The notes beneath the pieces were generated by a model that was not told the origin of the DNA, made no database searches, and worked only from the letters and a program-made list of their open reading frames with translations. The translations under genes were made by a program, and so were the position numbers. This document shows positions 13,301-28,300 of a stretch of 64,000 nucleotides of DNA, one piece after another. Within the stretch, counting starts at the first letter, position 1. Each line of letters opens with the position of its first letter. This DNA is from Haliotis cracherodii (lineage: Eukaryota): the NCBI RefSeq assembly GCF_022045235.1, contig NW_027266268.1, forward strand, positions 4,278,001 through 4,342,000, given 5' to 3'.

Positions 13301-16300
13301 ACCTGCTACCCAGCAACCAGAGATGGATCACGTTGACTCTCAAACGATCAACAGTGGAACTCATCAGATTTTCTTTTCTGTTTTGACGGCAACGTGTTCA
13401 CAGTTGTGATGATTTGAGAATATTTGAAATGTCAACCATTGGCATTGTCTCTTGAAAAAATCATTTATCTAGAAAACTAAGAATGTAGAATACATGTCCG
13501 AAAATTGTCCTAAGGCCCCCTTAAAGTTTTTTTTCTTCTTCTGATATTTGCAATTTTTAATCAGGTTCGATCTGTTTCACAAACATTTAAAACAATTAAC
13601 TTTTTCATCAAATGTGACCACCAGTCCACTACACCAGGCCCTTAGTGATCCATCTCTGGTGTTTGCTTCTGAAAGGCCTGAAAAGAAGGTCCCTGTAAGC
13701 ACACTGCCCCATCAACTGTTGCTAGCAGGGTCTAGCTAGAACCCACAGAAGTAAAGTAGAACAGAAGTTCCCTAGCTTAACATACCCAGTGTCCACAATT
13801 GAGGTCTTTGAAACCATTTATGCCCTAGAAGGTTGATTAAATAAATGACAAATATAAAACAAAATTAAACATTCTACTGTAATTACACAACGGCATGCAA
13901 AAGATTAGGACATGATGTGAATTACTTCCAAATAATTCCACTGTAGATAATGTTAGAATGAATTGGAAATCTGAAATCATTTTCCTACAATAAATAAAAT
14001 ATTAAGTTTTTTGTTAGTGCCATGCATAGCATATTTTTTCAGCTTATGAGCAACATTTTATGGAATTTTATTTATTTGGCCAAAATATATCGGATTTCAA
14101 ATATCCCTACACAATACTTTAGAAATGTCAAAAAAAATAATTTAGAAGCAACACAAAAAGCTTAAAAGAAAGACACAACAATTCTTTATAGTAAAAACAA
14201 ATCAGGACAATAAGCATGTTTCAAAAACAGTTGCAAAATATACATGTTACAGTACCTTAAATGAAAGGGCCCTGTCCCACAATGTTATCTTAGGCCCACC
14301 ACTATAGCTACAATATCAGGGATAGTTTATTAAACATTTCCCAATTCATGTTGTTATCATGTGGTTATAGTTATAACTAATGACTGTAGGAGACTTGTAT
14401 TTCATGATATAACAGGACCAATAGGAGGAAGAGGCTTAAGTTTAACATTATTGCCTTTGATGCAATGTTATAACAATATTATACACCTCTGAGTTGTTTT
14501 AACCAAATAACAATTTCTCCCAATTTGTCTGTCAAGGGTACTTTGTTGGAATCCTAGATAATTCCCTCACACCTACACTTATGAAAATCATTTTGTAAGA
14601 CTTGGCCTAAGATTATCACTGTCACTGGTTCACAACTTGGGAACATCACAGTCTGTGCCCAAACTTTTGATTCAGCTATCTCGAACCTTTCACTTTACAT
14701 CATTTTCAGTAGATCTGGACCACTAAAATGTTACTGCACTCGGGCAGGGACTTGGCACTGAAGTCCCAGACTGACATCATCAACCAGCTAAAGCTTAGCT
14801 CTACAAGCTTCATTGCAATTGTTTCCGTTTCAAATGAAAAGTAGTTTGAAGTAGCACAAGGAGTATTTAATCATGCAGAAAAACATTTCATGAAAGTTTC
14901 TACTACTACAATTTGCACACCCAACCTAGAGGTAACACATAATCATACTCACTCTTCTCTTAACCTCGGCAATGAGTATGTCAGCATCTTCCAGTTTCTT
15001 CTGAGCTTCATAGTGAGACTGTTTGAGAACTGAGAGCTCATTTTTCAGAGCATACATTTCCTCAGCCTCTTGGGCCCGGATCACCTGGTCTTGAATAAGT
15101 CGATCTGCCAGAGATGCAGACTCCTGAAAGGATTAGTTAATGTTAATATGGAAGATACATGACTCCATGTACCATGTCACATCAATAGATGAAAATACCA
15201 TACTACCCAGAGATACCCTCTTCGGATCACTTAAGCTCATTTATTACCCTTGTCATGAATCGAACAAAAAAACACATAGAGGGACATGTATGTGAAACAT
15301 AAGGGGTCCGAATCTTTCAGTGATTCATTAAAGCCTGATTGTTTGTTTGTTTCACGCTACATTCAGCAATATACAGCATTATGATGGTGGTCTGTAAATA
15401 AATGAGTCTGGACCAGACAATCAAGTGATTAACATTATTTGCATCAATCTACGCAGTTGGAATACGTTGACATTCATCAACCAAGTCAGTGAATCTGATC
15501 ACACGATCTCGTTAGTTGCCTCTAATGACAAGCATAGTCGGCTCTTATCAAAACCTTATTGGACTGCACAGCAGCACTATCAAAGAGTGAGGGAATTTAT
15601 GTTGCTTGATGCCACAGCCAGCAATATTACAGCTACCTGACAGTAACCACTAGGAACTCAGACCTGGACCAGTCAAGCCTATCTTGCCAGCATGATTAAA
15701 AGTGCAACACTGGGGTATGATCAGACTGGTATGACACATGAGACCAGTCATACCATCTGCTGTCCAGTATGTCTGCATTAACAAACATGATCATATGCAT
15801 TAATTCTGATCATGCCCTGGAATACCCATGTGGGCAGCCTCAACCCTTCACTTTACATCAAAGTACAATATCTGTTCTGCAGAAGGTGAGGTTAAAGGTG
15901 AAATGGGGTTGAACATCACGTCCAAGATCAGTCCACTTATATAGCCATGTGCATGCACGTGAGTGTGTGTGTGTGAGAGTGAGTGAGTTGGGTTTAAACT
16001 AAAGCAGCTTGTCAAAATATTCCAGACATATAACGGGTGTGTCAGCTTAGTGTGGCTTGTAAGCCTGAAGTGAAGCAGGTCTCAGAGACTAACCACTTTG
16101 GTGAAACCCACTGGTGTGGTGTTGACAGGCCTAGAAACATAATCGGAAAACTACTTGAACCCTGGAACGTGAACATTTTTTACATACCTTTTCAAGATTA
16201 TCAATTCTTTGCCTGAGTAATCTATTTTCTGTTCTCAGCCTCTGCAACAAAAGAAGATATGGTGAAATGTCTAAATCAATAGGTTCCCTCCTTTGTTGCC

Positions 16301-19300
16301 CAGGTCATCAACATATGTCACAGACTAATGAATTAGATGGAGAGTAAGAACACAAGACAGGGAACAAACTCTATTCATAGACAGGCAAACACACTGGCCA
16401 TTGGGCTCTCCACCACTTCAACCAATGCCTTGTTATATCTGCTGGTTACAAGCAACAATATATTTACAGGTACTATCTTGTAACATTGGTTCGATGGATA
16501 GTAATTCTATAGGGCTGTTTACCCGCAGTTCTATCTGTTCCTCATTTTCTTTGCTTTTCAAGGCAGTGTACTCCTTCTCCAACCTGAAAACAAAGACAAA
16601 CATAGTATAACAAAGAAAATAACATAGAATAACATAACTTCTTGAATCCATGGAAATATCAACATCAAAACAAATACTGCAGCCGAAATATTTCCCCATT
16701 TCAAAATGCAGTTTTCGAAGCATGAAAGACAAAGAGTCCTTGTCATCACCTCAATGCTACAAATTTCCATTGTATTATGGGCCGGTGGCTGAAGTACCGA
16801 ATAAATTTGTCAGTCTGTATATTCTACAAAATATTCAGGTATGTACACTTTGCAACTCATTGATACAGCAGACTCACTAGAATTATAATAGTTGCCATGG
16901 TTTCGGAATACCAAGGACCCATTTTGGATGAAGTGACTTTTCTTCAGTGTTAAACATGTTAAAAGTCTTGAAGTGCAAGCCACTTAACAAATTTAACAGC
17001 AACTAAAATGTCCACTGTGTGTCTATGGTGACGAATTAAGTTATCAGACATGTTCCATCAGACACATACCCTTGAATTAAACACTCTCTTGGCTTAAAAT
17101 CTCCCAAATCTTGCTTATTCTACATGGAAGAAACTAATCTTGATAAACAAGTCAGGGAAGTGAAAATCAACTATGTACCTGAACCAGAAGCGATTCATGT
17201 TTCAAATTGATCTGAATTATACTGTCAAACAAGATCGTGAACTAAGAACTAAGTTGGAGCATAAAACAATGTCACAGTCAACCCAATGTGATAGATGGGG
17301 CTTGAGACCAACAGTATCACAGCCATCAGGTTCACTGTCCTCATACATAGGGAACACTCTCTGAAAGCACTGTGCCCCCTATAAGACTTAGTACAGAAAC
17401 AACATACTTAACCCTAATTAAAACCCTGATCTACAGGTGTCACTTGGGAATCTGCTAATGCTTTGTTCTCAAGCACCCAAGCTAAACCTGCGACAAATGT
17501 CATTAAGGAGTACTACTCTGTAGGCACAGGTAGCTGTATTCCTTAGGTAGTACTTATCTAATTAGACATGATAGACAGAGGCTGTAATTAAAGACTGGGG
17601 ATTAGTAAAGATAACCGCCAGGTCTAGTTAGGAGGTGAATGTTTGGGTTATCTCTTTTGGGGTTATGGTATTGTCTGTAAACAAGGGACATCAGCGACAA
17701 TCAGGTGTAATGACAAAATGAGGTGTACCCTCAAACCAATTTCTGGTACAATTAAGCTGTATTGGGTATAATCTCTTTTCCCCCACTTACTAATACAATG
17801 GTGGCACAGGGGTGCCATGGGCTTTGTTAGAGGTAATTCTATTTTTTTTCTTTTCACAACATATTTTTTTCCAGGACATCCAGCAAACAATTATTGCTTC
17901 TAGAACAAATATTTTTTCAGCAAAATTACAAACTACATGGACACATTCAATTGAATTTTAAAATACATTTAAGACATATGATTTACTAGATCTTATGATG
18001 ACACAGTGTCCGTGGGTGTTAGGCAATTCATGTAATGTTGAAATATTTATGAGTGAAATGACATCAAGATGATTTATAGAAATATCTCTGCACTTTCTTA
18101 GTTTCAGGTCACCGAATCCTTTATAAATTCAACAGTGTTTGAAGAATATCATATTGTATTAATAAGTGAATTTGCTAGAGACAATTGACATAAGGGCATT
18201 GTGCATGATAACATTAACATTTTAATGGACATTCTAATTATTACTCAATTAGAACAAAACACTCTTAATGCCATTTTGACTGATAGTCTATGTGCTAGAA
18301 AATGAAACCCATTTTCATAAATCTTGGGACCCCTGAAAGATTCAGTTTTAACACTAGGTCTATGAGAAAGTCCCCATTATTGTTTTCCTTAATTTTGAAC
18401 TTTGCTCATCATTAGCATGAAAAGTAAATGGAAGATGAAACTACAGAGACTTACAGAGTCTAACAGTACTGTTGTCAGCTCAATACCATAATCTGTACAA
18501 GAGTCCAACAGGTGTAGTCAAATTTCTTTTGGTCTAATCTGAACTAATCAAAATCTATACATGAACATGAAAATCTACTGGAAATGATGTCAAGTGACAA
18601 ATTCTTGCCAGAATAATTATGTGTTAGCAGAGACATTAACAGTGCTAGGCACAGTGTATCTCCTCCCTCATAAAGAGTTTATAATATGCATTATGTGTCT
18701 CTTTAACACTGACATATGCACTTCCAATTTATGTCAAGTTGAGCGTATATAAAGCAGGCATGTCACAATACAGTACATAGCGCAATACTTCATATGTGCC
18801 CCTTTTACATGAATTTCATCATCAGGGTTAGAACTCAACTCGGAAGCTTTACTAGCCCGGGGAAAGACAAAATGCACTTGTAATGTTAACACAATGTGGA
18901 AACTTGGAAGTTTGTTCTAGCCCACAGACATTTGTAGAAGCCCTGGGCTAGCGGGCTAGCGTTAAATTCTAACCCTGATCAAGTACCAATTGCTGTCAAA
19001 TCAACACAAGGTTAATTAACCAGTTTGTGTTACATGTCTGGTTAATCTGGTCCTGTTCTAAGTCTTTAGAACTGATACATATAAGAGAGAGAATTTAAGA
19101 ATGTCCACTTCTTTATTATGAGGAACAGGGGCGGTCGCGTAGCCTAGTGGTTAAAGCGTTCGCTCGTTACACTGAAGACCTGGGTTCGATTCCGACATGG
19201 GAACAATGTGTGAACCCCATTTCTGGTGTCCCCGCTGTGAAGCGGCATAAAACCATACTCACTCACTACTATGAGGAACACGTTTTTGAGCATGTGCTTA

Positions 19301-22300
19301 CTCCTTCCCTTATACTCCGAAACCTTGTGTTCCTCATACTAAAGAAGTTGACATCCATAAATTCCAATAGTTATATGCAATCAGATATAACATTTTGTTC
19401 AGGAAATGCTATAAGATCATTTTTAACAGAATTAATACATGAATGGATACAGCAGTAGGCGTGTCGTGTATGATATTGAGTGTAAATTCTTACAGCATCA
19501 ATACAGCAATGAATTGTGAATATAAAACCTGACTAAACATGAAAAGAAATATCAGAAAATATATCACTTGTTAACTTTTAGTTATATGTGAATACCATAT
19601 AAGGATAAAGATAATATTTTTCTTCTCTGAATATATTTTCCAAAATCAAAGGGCATAGCAAGCACTTGTTTATTTGAGATAAAAATTGATAATTGTCATT
19701 CTTTTGGAACGTTGGAATATTGACAAGTGTTCATATTAATGTTAAGTGCTGACAGCTTCTGCAACCCTTGATACATGATACGTCTATAAGTATTTCCTAC
19801 CAGTAATAATGACAATACGCCATGTCACCAACAGAGGTAACAGCTGGCCTGAATGCCTGAGGATCATGTTGTTTGTGACTCAGACAGTTAAATAGTTATT
19901 ATGATTCCTAATCACCAGCTATCACACCTACTAGTAACACAGACCTCGTCAACAGTTATTTTAATACATGTATATGAACCAAAAAATCTAGACATTTGTC
20001 TCGAAACTCTCTGACCTAGAATTCCCCACAGATAATTATGAATTTACATCACGTACAATGATACTTCATGAAACCACATTCTACAACGATATGCTTCTGT
20101 TACCATGGTGACCCCTTTATACCACATGCTATGACTTGAATGAAACTCAACAGTCAAATAGTCAATCCAGTACAAGTACATATTTAGCCAAAATATTTGT
20201 AGAGCATAGAAACCTTTCAGTTTTCTTTTCATAGTTTTAATCTGTCACTTCAGATGAGGCCTGTTTGAGTATGTAATGTTGTTTGTTTGTTGATGCCAGC
20301 TATATGAAGGCAGACTAAATAATCAAGCCTTGAAAGACAATCCATTATGAGCATTGATCTACATGATTGAGATATGATAACATGCAACCAAGTGACAGGG
20401 CCTAACCACCAGATCCATTTAGTTGTTCATTTAATGGTTCAGCAGGAGACCTATTTTCTTATCCAGATTCCTCGTCTGTCTCCCAGACAGTAGAGAAAAA
20501 AATAAAGAAATGATTCCGATTCAAGTCTAGAACGGTTTGGCAAGTCTACATCAGCTCTACAGTAAGCCTAGCTCTGGGCCCCACTTGGCTCCTTGTATTT
20601 TCTGTAGATATACATTTTGAAATAAGATAACTTTATTTCTGGGACTAAATGTTAGTGTACCAGATTCCAACAAATGGAAATGTTATGCTTGAGAGAGCCA
20701 GTAATCAGAATTATATGACAGAGTACCCTCAGCTAACCTCTAGGTCAACATTAGCTATGTACCTTTATAATACCTTACAGTGAGGCAGCAATATACCCCG
20801 GAGAGGAAATTGTAATCAAGGACAAATTCTAAAGCCTACCAGTGATCAAACAGATTCTTTATTCATATCTTCATTCAGAGGGATCATCTTGTGTAGCATT
20901 CTCTACCTGTCTACCTTTACTCAATCACATGTGGTAGAAATCTTTATTTTATACCACTGGCAACTACCATATTGTCACTAGTAACCAATTAGAGACCTTC
21001 TAACATGACTGCACACATTGCTAAATGTTTCCAGGCCTACAGGAAGAGGTTTACCTTGGATTCCATACCAAGTGCCCAAACCGAAGTGGGGAAAAAGTTA
21101 TATTGTTCCAAATTGAGATTTTTAAAAATGTTCATATTTTACTAAATCCAGAGGTATTTTAACATTGCATCAATGAAATAATCTAAAATTCATATACATT
21201 CGTAGTGACGATCCGATATATCTAACTAATCCACATCTGAACTTAAAACAAGTGGTTTATGAAAAAACACCATTTGTGGAGAAAACCCTACTATCTCCAG
21301 ACTGTCACACTGTCTCACGCATAAATGGCTGTTTCTAACATCACTGCAACCAAATAAATGTGATTTAGAAGCTGACATCATTCAGTACAGGTGGGCGATG
21401 TACCTCAACATTCCTGAGTTTCCTCATATCCTGTTCAAGAACCTGTGTGTACAACTCATCATATTTCCCTAACTACAGCCACCAGAAGCATACCACTTTG
21501 TCAAAACCTGCACAATCACAAAAATAATCCACGCAGGAAACAGTGAATAAATATTTCATCAGATTGATTTTCTGGATGTGATATTTACATTTTGACTATT
21601 CAGTGCTTGCAGTGTGACCTATTTCAAGACTGGTGAGGTGACCTGTTTGCATTCAGCCTAAGAAATGTCGAATGTGGTTACTTATGAATACAAATGTCAC
21701 CGTTATCACCTGAATAATTGATATGGTATTCATCAGCTACAAAAAGTGTAATAGGTGAAAGTATCCCTTCTGTATGTTTAGTTGACAATGAGTGATCAGC
21801 GATGCAGAAAGATAACTGACACTAACAAAACAACCCTGACACTGTTTACTGCCAGGACACACAAGGAACAATAATTAAAACTTACTCATCAAACTCGACA
21901 AAATCCATTTGTAATGGTAGGATGGTTATTCATCTTGTACCCTGGTTCCAGCACCAGGAATCCCTCCTCTGGACAGGTAATGTCCCCCCACGATCATCTG
22001 TGTCTCCAATCCCGTGGAGTCATGCTCTGTCGCAGTCAGCCAAACACACGTCACCTGATTACAGTTCACTTCAAGATAATCTATAGTGAGCCACGTAACC
22101 AACTCTCTGCGATCTGGTTGGGATATGCACATAGAACATGCCATGAAACTTGCAGTGTCGAAACTTGAGAAAGTAATGTCCGAGGGTCCGACAAGTAAAC
22201 CGGTCACTCACATGCTCTGTGACCCTGAATAGCTTACAGCTACCTGTAGCTAAGCCGTGTCACCCACAAAGGTCTGGCTATACTATAGCCCAGTGAGGAT

Positions 22301-25300
22301 ATCCTTTCAAGTCCATATATTGCTCTGAACCTTTAGCTTCAGTCTTACCAGTATCTACGGTGTCAACAATCAACAGATTTCTCATTATGAACTTTTAAAA
22401 TGTACTGACAGCACTGTAAAGAGGAATGTGTTAATTTGGCTGGGCATTGGAAGTCATGTTTGAAATTACGCAAATTCAGATTTTTTTTATCCTTTCTTGA
22501 AATATATTCTTTCTATCATAATACTGTATATTAATTTGTATTACCTGATATGTTTCACACCTGTTGATCGGGAGATCTTTAAAGGATTTTAGTCCTATTT
22601 TATATTCATTTGAAAAGAATCAATGTGTTTCTGTCTTCTCTACATACATGAATAGAATGACAGTTTGTAACAGTAACCTTGCCTCACATTCACAGCGAAG
22701 TCCTATACCTTGCAATATATTTCCTGAAGTCTTAGGTAAACAGGGTAATAGTCGATACTTGTCAGCACAAGTAGTGATACTCAGAACTAGATCTTTACTT
22801 GGAAAAAACACTTCCAAAACTAACAATTAACGTCAATCCAGACATCCATTATATTAAGACAAATATTGACTTCTCATTTCCTGGTGAGATAAAGCTTGTG
22901 AAAAACACTTAACTTGAGTGCCGGGTCTCAACATTCCTAAATGAAGTGAAATTAACAAATATGGAAACACAAGACAGGAATAAAGGAACAACAATCTGTC
23001 AATGCCAGTACACACTATGTTTCAATTGCAAGGAAGTATCAGATGACTTGAACTTCTTGAATATTATATATGTGCCTTCATGAGTCAGTCTTCCCTAACC
23101 ACAAAACAAACGTAGATGATCAGGTTATGAGATTAAAGCTTTAATCAAATTAAACAAGAGCTATCCTATCGAATTCAAACTGAGATGCAATCCCTGCGTG
23201 ACTGTGGCCTTATTAAACTTTAAACTGCTGTGAAGCAGCATGAGGGTAAGCCATAAACACCCCCAGTTGGGCCACAAGGCCACACTGCTGACAGCCCTAG
23301 GCAGTCTGCCTTCCTAAGACTTCATGCTTAGACTCTCATCACAAGGTTGAGGTATCACGCCTCAATGAACACGTTCAACTCCTATCCACAGTCTATAGAG
23401 AGTGACTTTTGGTTGTTTCCCTTAACCTTGCATTTTGAAACCCTACTGAGCAAGCCCCAAGCCTTTGGTTTTGCACAAAAGGTGTTTATAGTACAAATTT
23501 CTAAACTTGCCCTTCATGTACAGATGAAGATGGTTATAGCAATGTTGAAAAACAATTAATGCAACCCTGTTGATCAAGTGCTGTCCCTTTTGTTTAGCCT
23601 ACAAAATTCCCCCTCACAACTGTAGAGAACTAGAAGGTATTTTGTATCATTGTTGAAAAATAATTAATGCACCAATAGGACTCCTTGTCATGCATAATCC
23701 TATCTGAAGGAAGTTGTGATGTGCTTTTCCTGTTGATAGACATATTAATATTCATAATCTCTTTCTTATGAATGAAGTGAAACAAGATTAATTCTTGAAG
23801 CATGCATGTGTCCTGACTTGGATAAAACCACAGTCATAATTGAAGAACCACATTTATTACAAACTCGCTTGGTGAGTGAGTGAGCAATACTTACGCGACT
23901 CAGTTAGACTGATATACTATTTTGTAAAAATGAATCTCTTTCTTTAAAAGCCCACATCAGCACTAGAATATGTCAGTTAGACAGATATACTATTTTGCAA
24001 AGATGATATATCTCTTGTGAACAGCCCATCACATCTACACTAGAATATAGACCATGTACATCTTAATCTTACTAAAATCATATTGTCAGAATGCTTCGTT
24101 TGGCTGATGTGACCTCCTGTGAAGGTGTCCTCAGATCTTCATTGAGAGAGGCATCGTATCAGAGTAAAAGATCTTGTATTAAAGGGATTGTACACATCTA
24201 TACTGTAAAACTGAATTATATACATGTATTATACAAAATATACTATGCATGCTAGTCCTACAACTTAATTATTAAATTGTATGTGTTGAAAGTACTCATA
24301 ATATTCTTTCAGTTTCCTCCAAAGTATTTTGTGTTGTACTCAGTTATCAAAGTAGAAAAAAATTATGTTTGCCTGATTGACTTCTATTCTCAAAGTGAAA
24401 TACACATCCTAAATACCTATTGCAGAATGCTGAACCTGTCTTAAAACGCTCCAAGTTGGACACTCAATACAGACCTAAACCTAACATTGGTATCCTAATG
24501 AGGTGCTGGACATTTCTTTCATAAATCCTTTACAAGGATGTGTTTAGTTGCACAGGTACACTTCAAAGCAAGGAGGTTTCACTATAAATCTCCGAACCAC
24601 TTGGCTACATGAATGTGGTCAGGCCGGACACAGGTTCACATTCCGCACTGACCAGTGAGTCCTGGCCCTGTGCTGGGGACCTGCAGATGTCAGCAGATGA
24701 CAGCAGCTGTCTCAGGCTGTCTCTGTACATGGATCTCATGTCTCAAATGCTAAAGACCATGAAGTGGAGGAATGACGTGACATGAGGTGAAGTGGGGTTT
24801 TATGGTGCATTCAAAATTATTGCACTTACAAAGTGACATGCATACACATGTGTGTATATGTGTGTCCTGTTCAAAAGTTGATGCTTTTACTTGTCCGGAC
24901 TAATGCCAGATTTGTAACGCTAGCCACTGGGATACTACCATGCCACAGTTTAACATGGATATCCAACTCAGCACAGTATATATACTCCGAGCAGACCAGT
25001 CCTTGTTTCATACCCTTATGCTTAGTGTCAGGTAGGGTAACAACTGGTCTGTCATAGAGACCCTGAAACAAATATACAGCGCTAGAAATTGGCCCCTAGT
25101 CCTGTAGTCCTTGCCAAACTGTCCAATAGTTAAGGTATCATAAGGACTAGTAGACATTTGCCATTTTTAAGGGTTTTGCTATATGTTATCATTGTAAGGA
25201 CTAGTGGACTAAAAATGTTAGTTTCTACCACTGATATATCTAAAAGAGACCATGCAAGACTCTAATAGTGAGCAAGTCTAGATTTTCTAGTGGTTTTTTT

Positions 25301-28300
25301 ATCTGCTAAAGTCTAAAGGATACACATAGCAGATATTATATTATGGACAGAATTATGAAATATATGCTCCACACCTTCACTCAAAAAAATTCATTTCTGA
25401 ATGTTTTCAGGAAAGCTAGATTTATATTTCACCTTTCAGTTTTAGGGATGAAACATGTGTGAATTTTGACCACAACAGCAACCTTATTTTCACTACAGGA
25501 AAATCCAACCAGTGGTTCAAAATGGTCACGTGAACAGTTTATCAGAGTTGAGATATAAAATAAGGTCAGTGAATTAAGTTGCGTTGACATGGTAATACCT
25601 GAGTCCAGCCACCTGATCTCTGTCAACAAGACAGGTGGACTGACAACAGGTCTCATGTTGCCAGTACGTGGGTGGGTCACCTACACTGGTAGGTAAGGGC
25701 AGTATCACCTTGCTCTGGGTGGCTTGCCTCACATATTAAGATGGCCATGACATATATGTTATATATAATTGTCTTATTTATTCAAATATTTCGAATTGGG
25801 AAGGGATAGTTCATAGTTCTTTAATATTGTGGATGGTTGCTTGACAGTTTAAGCATCTGTTCAGATAAGCATTCATTTTTTTAGATTATTATTTGTTTTT
25901 TCAAGCTGTGTGTATTATTTTATACCACAGTGAGATATTTTTAGGTCTCGAAATTGATCCATGCCCAGGTAGATCTATGGTTGATAGTTTGAGCAAAGAT
26001 CTGAGATGTTCATACAGACAATCAGCAAGCCAGATAACAAATTGTAACCACCAGATCCTCCAGATCCTCACTTTAGTCAGCTCTCTAGAAAAGAATCGGG
26101 GTACTCAGGACATATCCAACACCTGAATCACTATATAAAAATAATCTTAATCTGCTGATGGACTTTTTGAGACAATGTAATTAACACAATCTGCATGATC
26201 TAAACTATTAGTCTAAATACCAGGTATAGCAAATGTTTGTTAGGCAAGTTATTTTAATTTGATATGAATGGCCTTTATAAAAAATGGCAATTACAAGTTG
26301 TGATAAGGCAGGTTTTATATTAACTTTTCTTTTTTGCTAAGTTTCAAAGATTTCTAAGATTTCAATATACTTATCTTGTACTGTTCAACATTAAAACATG
26401 AAACTATGAATCATGAATCATCCATGAATCAGATGACTTTCATTCCTTCAAACCTGTCTCACATATCTTAACCCCTTCATCTCACAATCTTTGTAATATC
26501 ATGACACCTTTCATTGATAAAACTTGTTATCACTGAACCCACTGTCCCCCTAGGCTGGCTGGCTGGCAATCACTCACTCACCCCCTTGTTAATCCATCCA
26601 CCTACCTTCTGTTGTGCTGCCTGGGTCACAACAAGAAGAACTATGCCTTCCCCAGCTGACAGACACTGACTCCTTCCCCACCCCCTCCCTTCTGTTACCA
26701 CTACAGGAGCCATATCTGAACCAGCAGACAGACACTGACTCCCTCCCCACCCCCTCCCTTCTGTTACCACTACAGGAGCCATATCTGAACCAGCTGGCAG
26801 ACACTGACTCCCCCACCCTTAAATGTGCTGCCTGGCTCTTTCGCCTTTAACGTAGGTTCAAACACAACAGCAGATACCTTCACGTGAAACTAGATTCCAT
26901 CACATTATGTACATGCAATTAAAATCACACTAGTGTATTTTTCCAGGCTTCAAGTTCTAATCTGTAAGGCTATCTGGACATCAAAAACTGTAAACTCAAC
27001 ATCAGTCATTGAAGAAATAAAGGAAACTGAGTCTCCCTACAATTTCTTATCAGGCCAGGACCAGCAGTCAGCAGCAGTATTGGATGCTGTGTGAATAGTG
27101 ATCTGATTGGAGATAGAATTGTCTTACTTTGAACAGTTAGAACTAGGGTGCAATCTACCGGTACAAATGTCTTTGCAACTGAACTCCCAACCCCACAAGT
27201 CAGCTTTTGTGACAAGCATTAGGTATGGCAATGTCTGAAATTAAGCATGAAAGTCAAGGGGACTTGTCATAACCCTAATGTTACAGCCTGCGACCGTCTC
27301 CACAAGTCCAAAGCCTCTGTCTAGTAAAATATCGGTAAAGATAATTGTGACTTGTTTGTGGAATTGAATTCTATACGTAAATTAAAATGTCCCAGTCCCT
27401 CCACCATTATTATTTTCCCTTCTGCCCAACTCTTCCTGTAACACAAAAGTCCTAAATAAAGCAAGGGCAGCCTATGTTCCGTTGTGACTATGATAAAGAC
27501 TTACTAGTAACACAGTAATTATTTCTTTTCACTCATCTGGTGCAGGTTTTAGTGTCAAATATTTGCAATCGTGAGTTCCATGAACTTTATACAATGCACA
27601 TGATGTTCTGTTATAGGACACCTCAGGTGATTGTCTTTTTCATGTCCTCTTGTCACTACAACCACAAGCTTCAAGAAGGAGACAATTGCCCAAATGCATA
27701 TTTTATCAGTTATCTCACTGGGTCTTCTTTTCAATTTAAAAGGAGATATTTGTTTCAATCAAAATTATTTATTTTCAGAATTTTCAGAAACTAAGCGTTA
27801 GTCTAAGACTGATGTTAAAAGTTAAAACTTGGATGTTTTCTGGATTACAGTTGAAAACCTCAATTACCCGAAGACCCCCCTTTATCTTGAACATTTTATT
27901 TGGTAGCATTCTCCTAAGACTCCCAAAAGGGTTGGGAAGATATTTTCCTGCTCTCCCAAGCCAGGTCCTGTAGCAGGGTATCCCATGTTCAGATTGTAAT
28001 GGCTGCATTGTGTAATCAACTGTTGCCTGGAGCTAGGAGAGGAAGATGAAAGTCCAGCAGGGAGGAGTCAGGAATGACTGCCATCCATCACACTGCACAA
28101 CAAGTGCCCTTCACAGGGAAATGGGACCTAAATATCCCTGACCAGGGCTTACAATGGAAACTGTCACACCCTGAATAAGAACAACAAATCAATGAACCTA
28201 TTCCACTGAGCTTGATACTAATACATGTACATATATATCACCATTGTTACAAACATAACTGTCAAATTTCATTAAAAGAATAAAATTTAATATCAAGTTT

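Noticed and set aside
19128-19200. tRNA gene
   Set aside because: A and B boxes are present, but it continues into a SINE body with an (ACTC)n tail and TSD, has no proper acceptor stem, and has many diverged copies.
25429-25680. Long alternative first exon ending in phase 2 in the large intron
   Set aside because: Weak donor (AG|GTGAAA) and no promoter-like or homology support.
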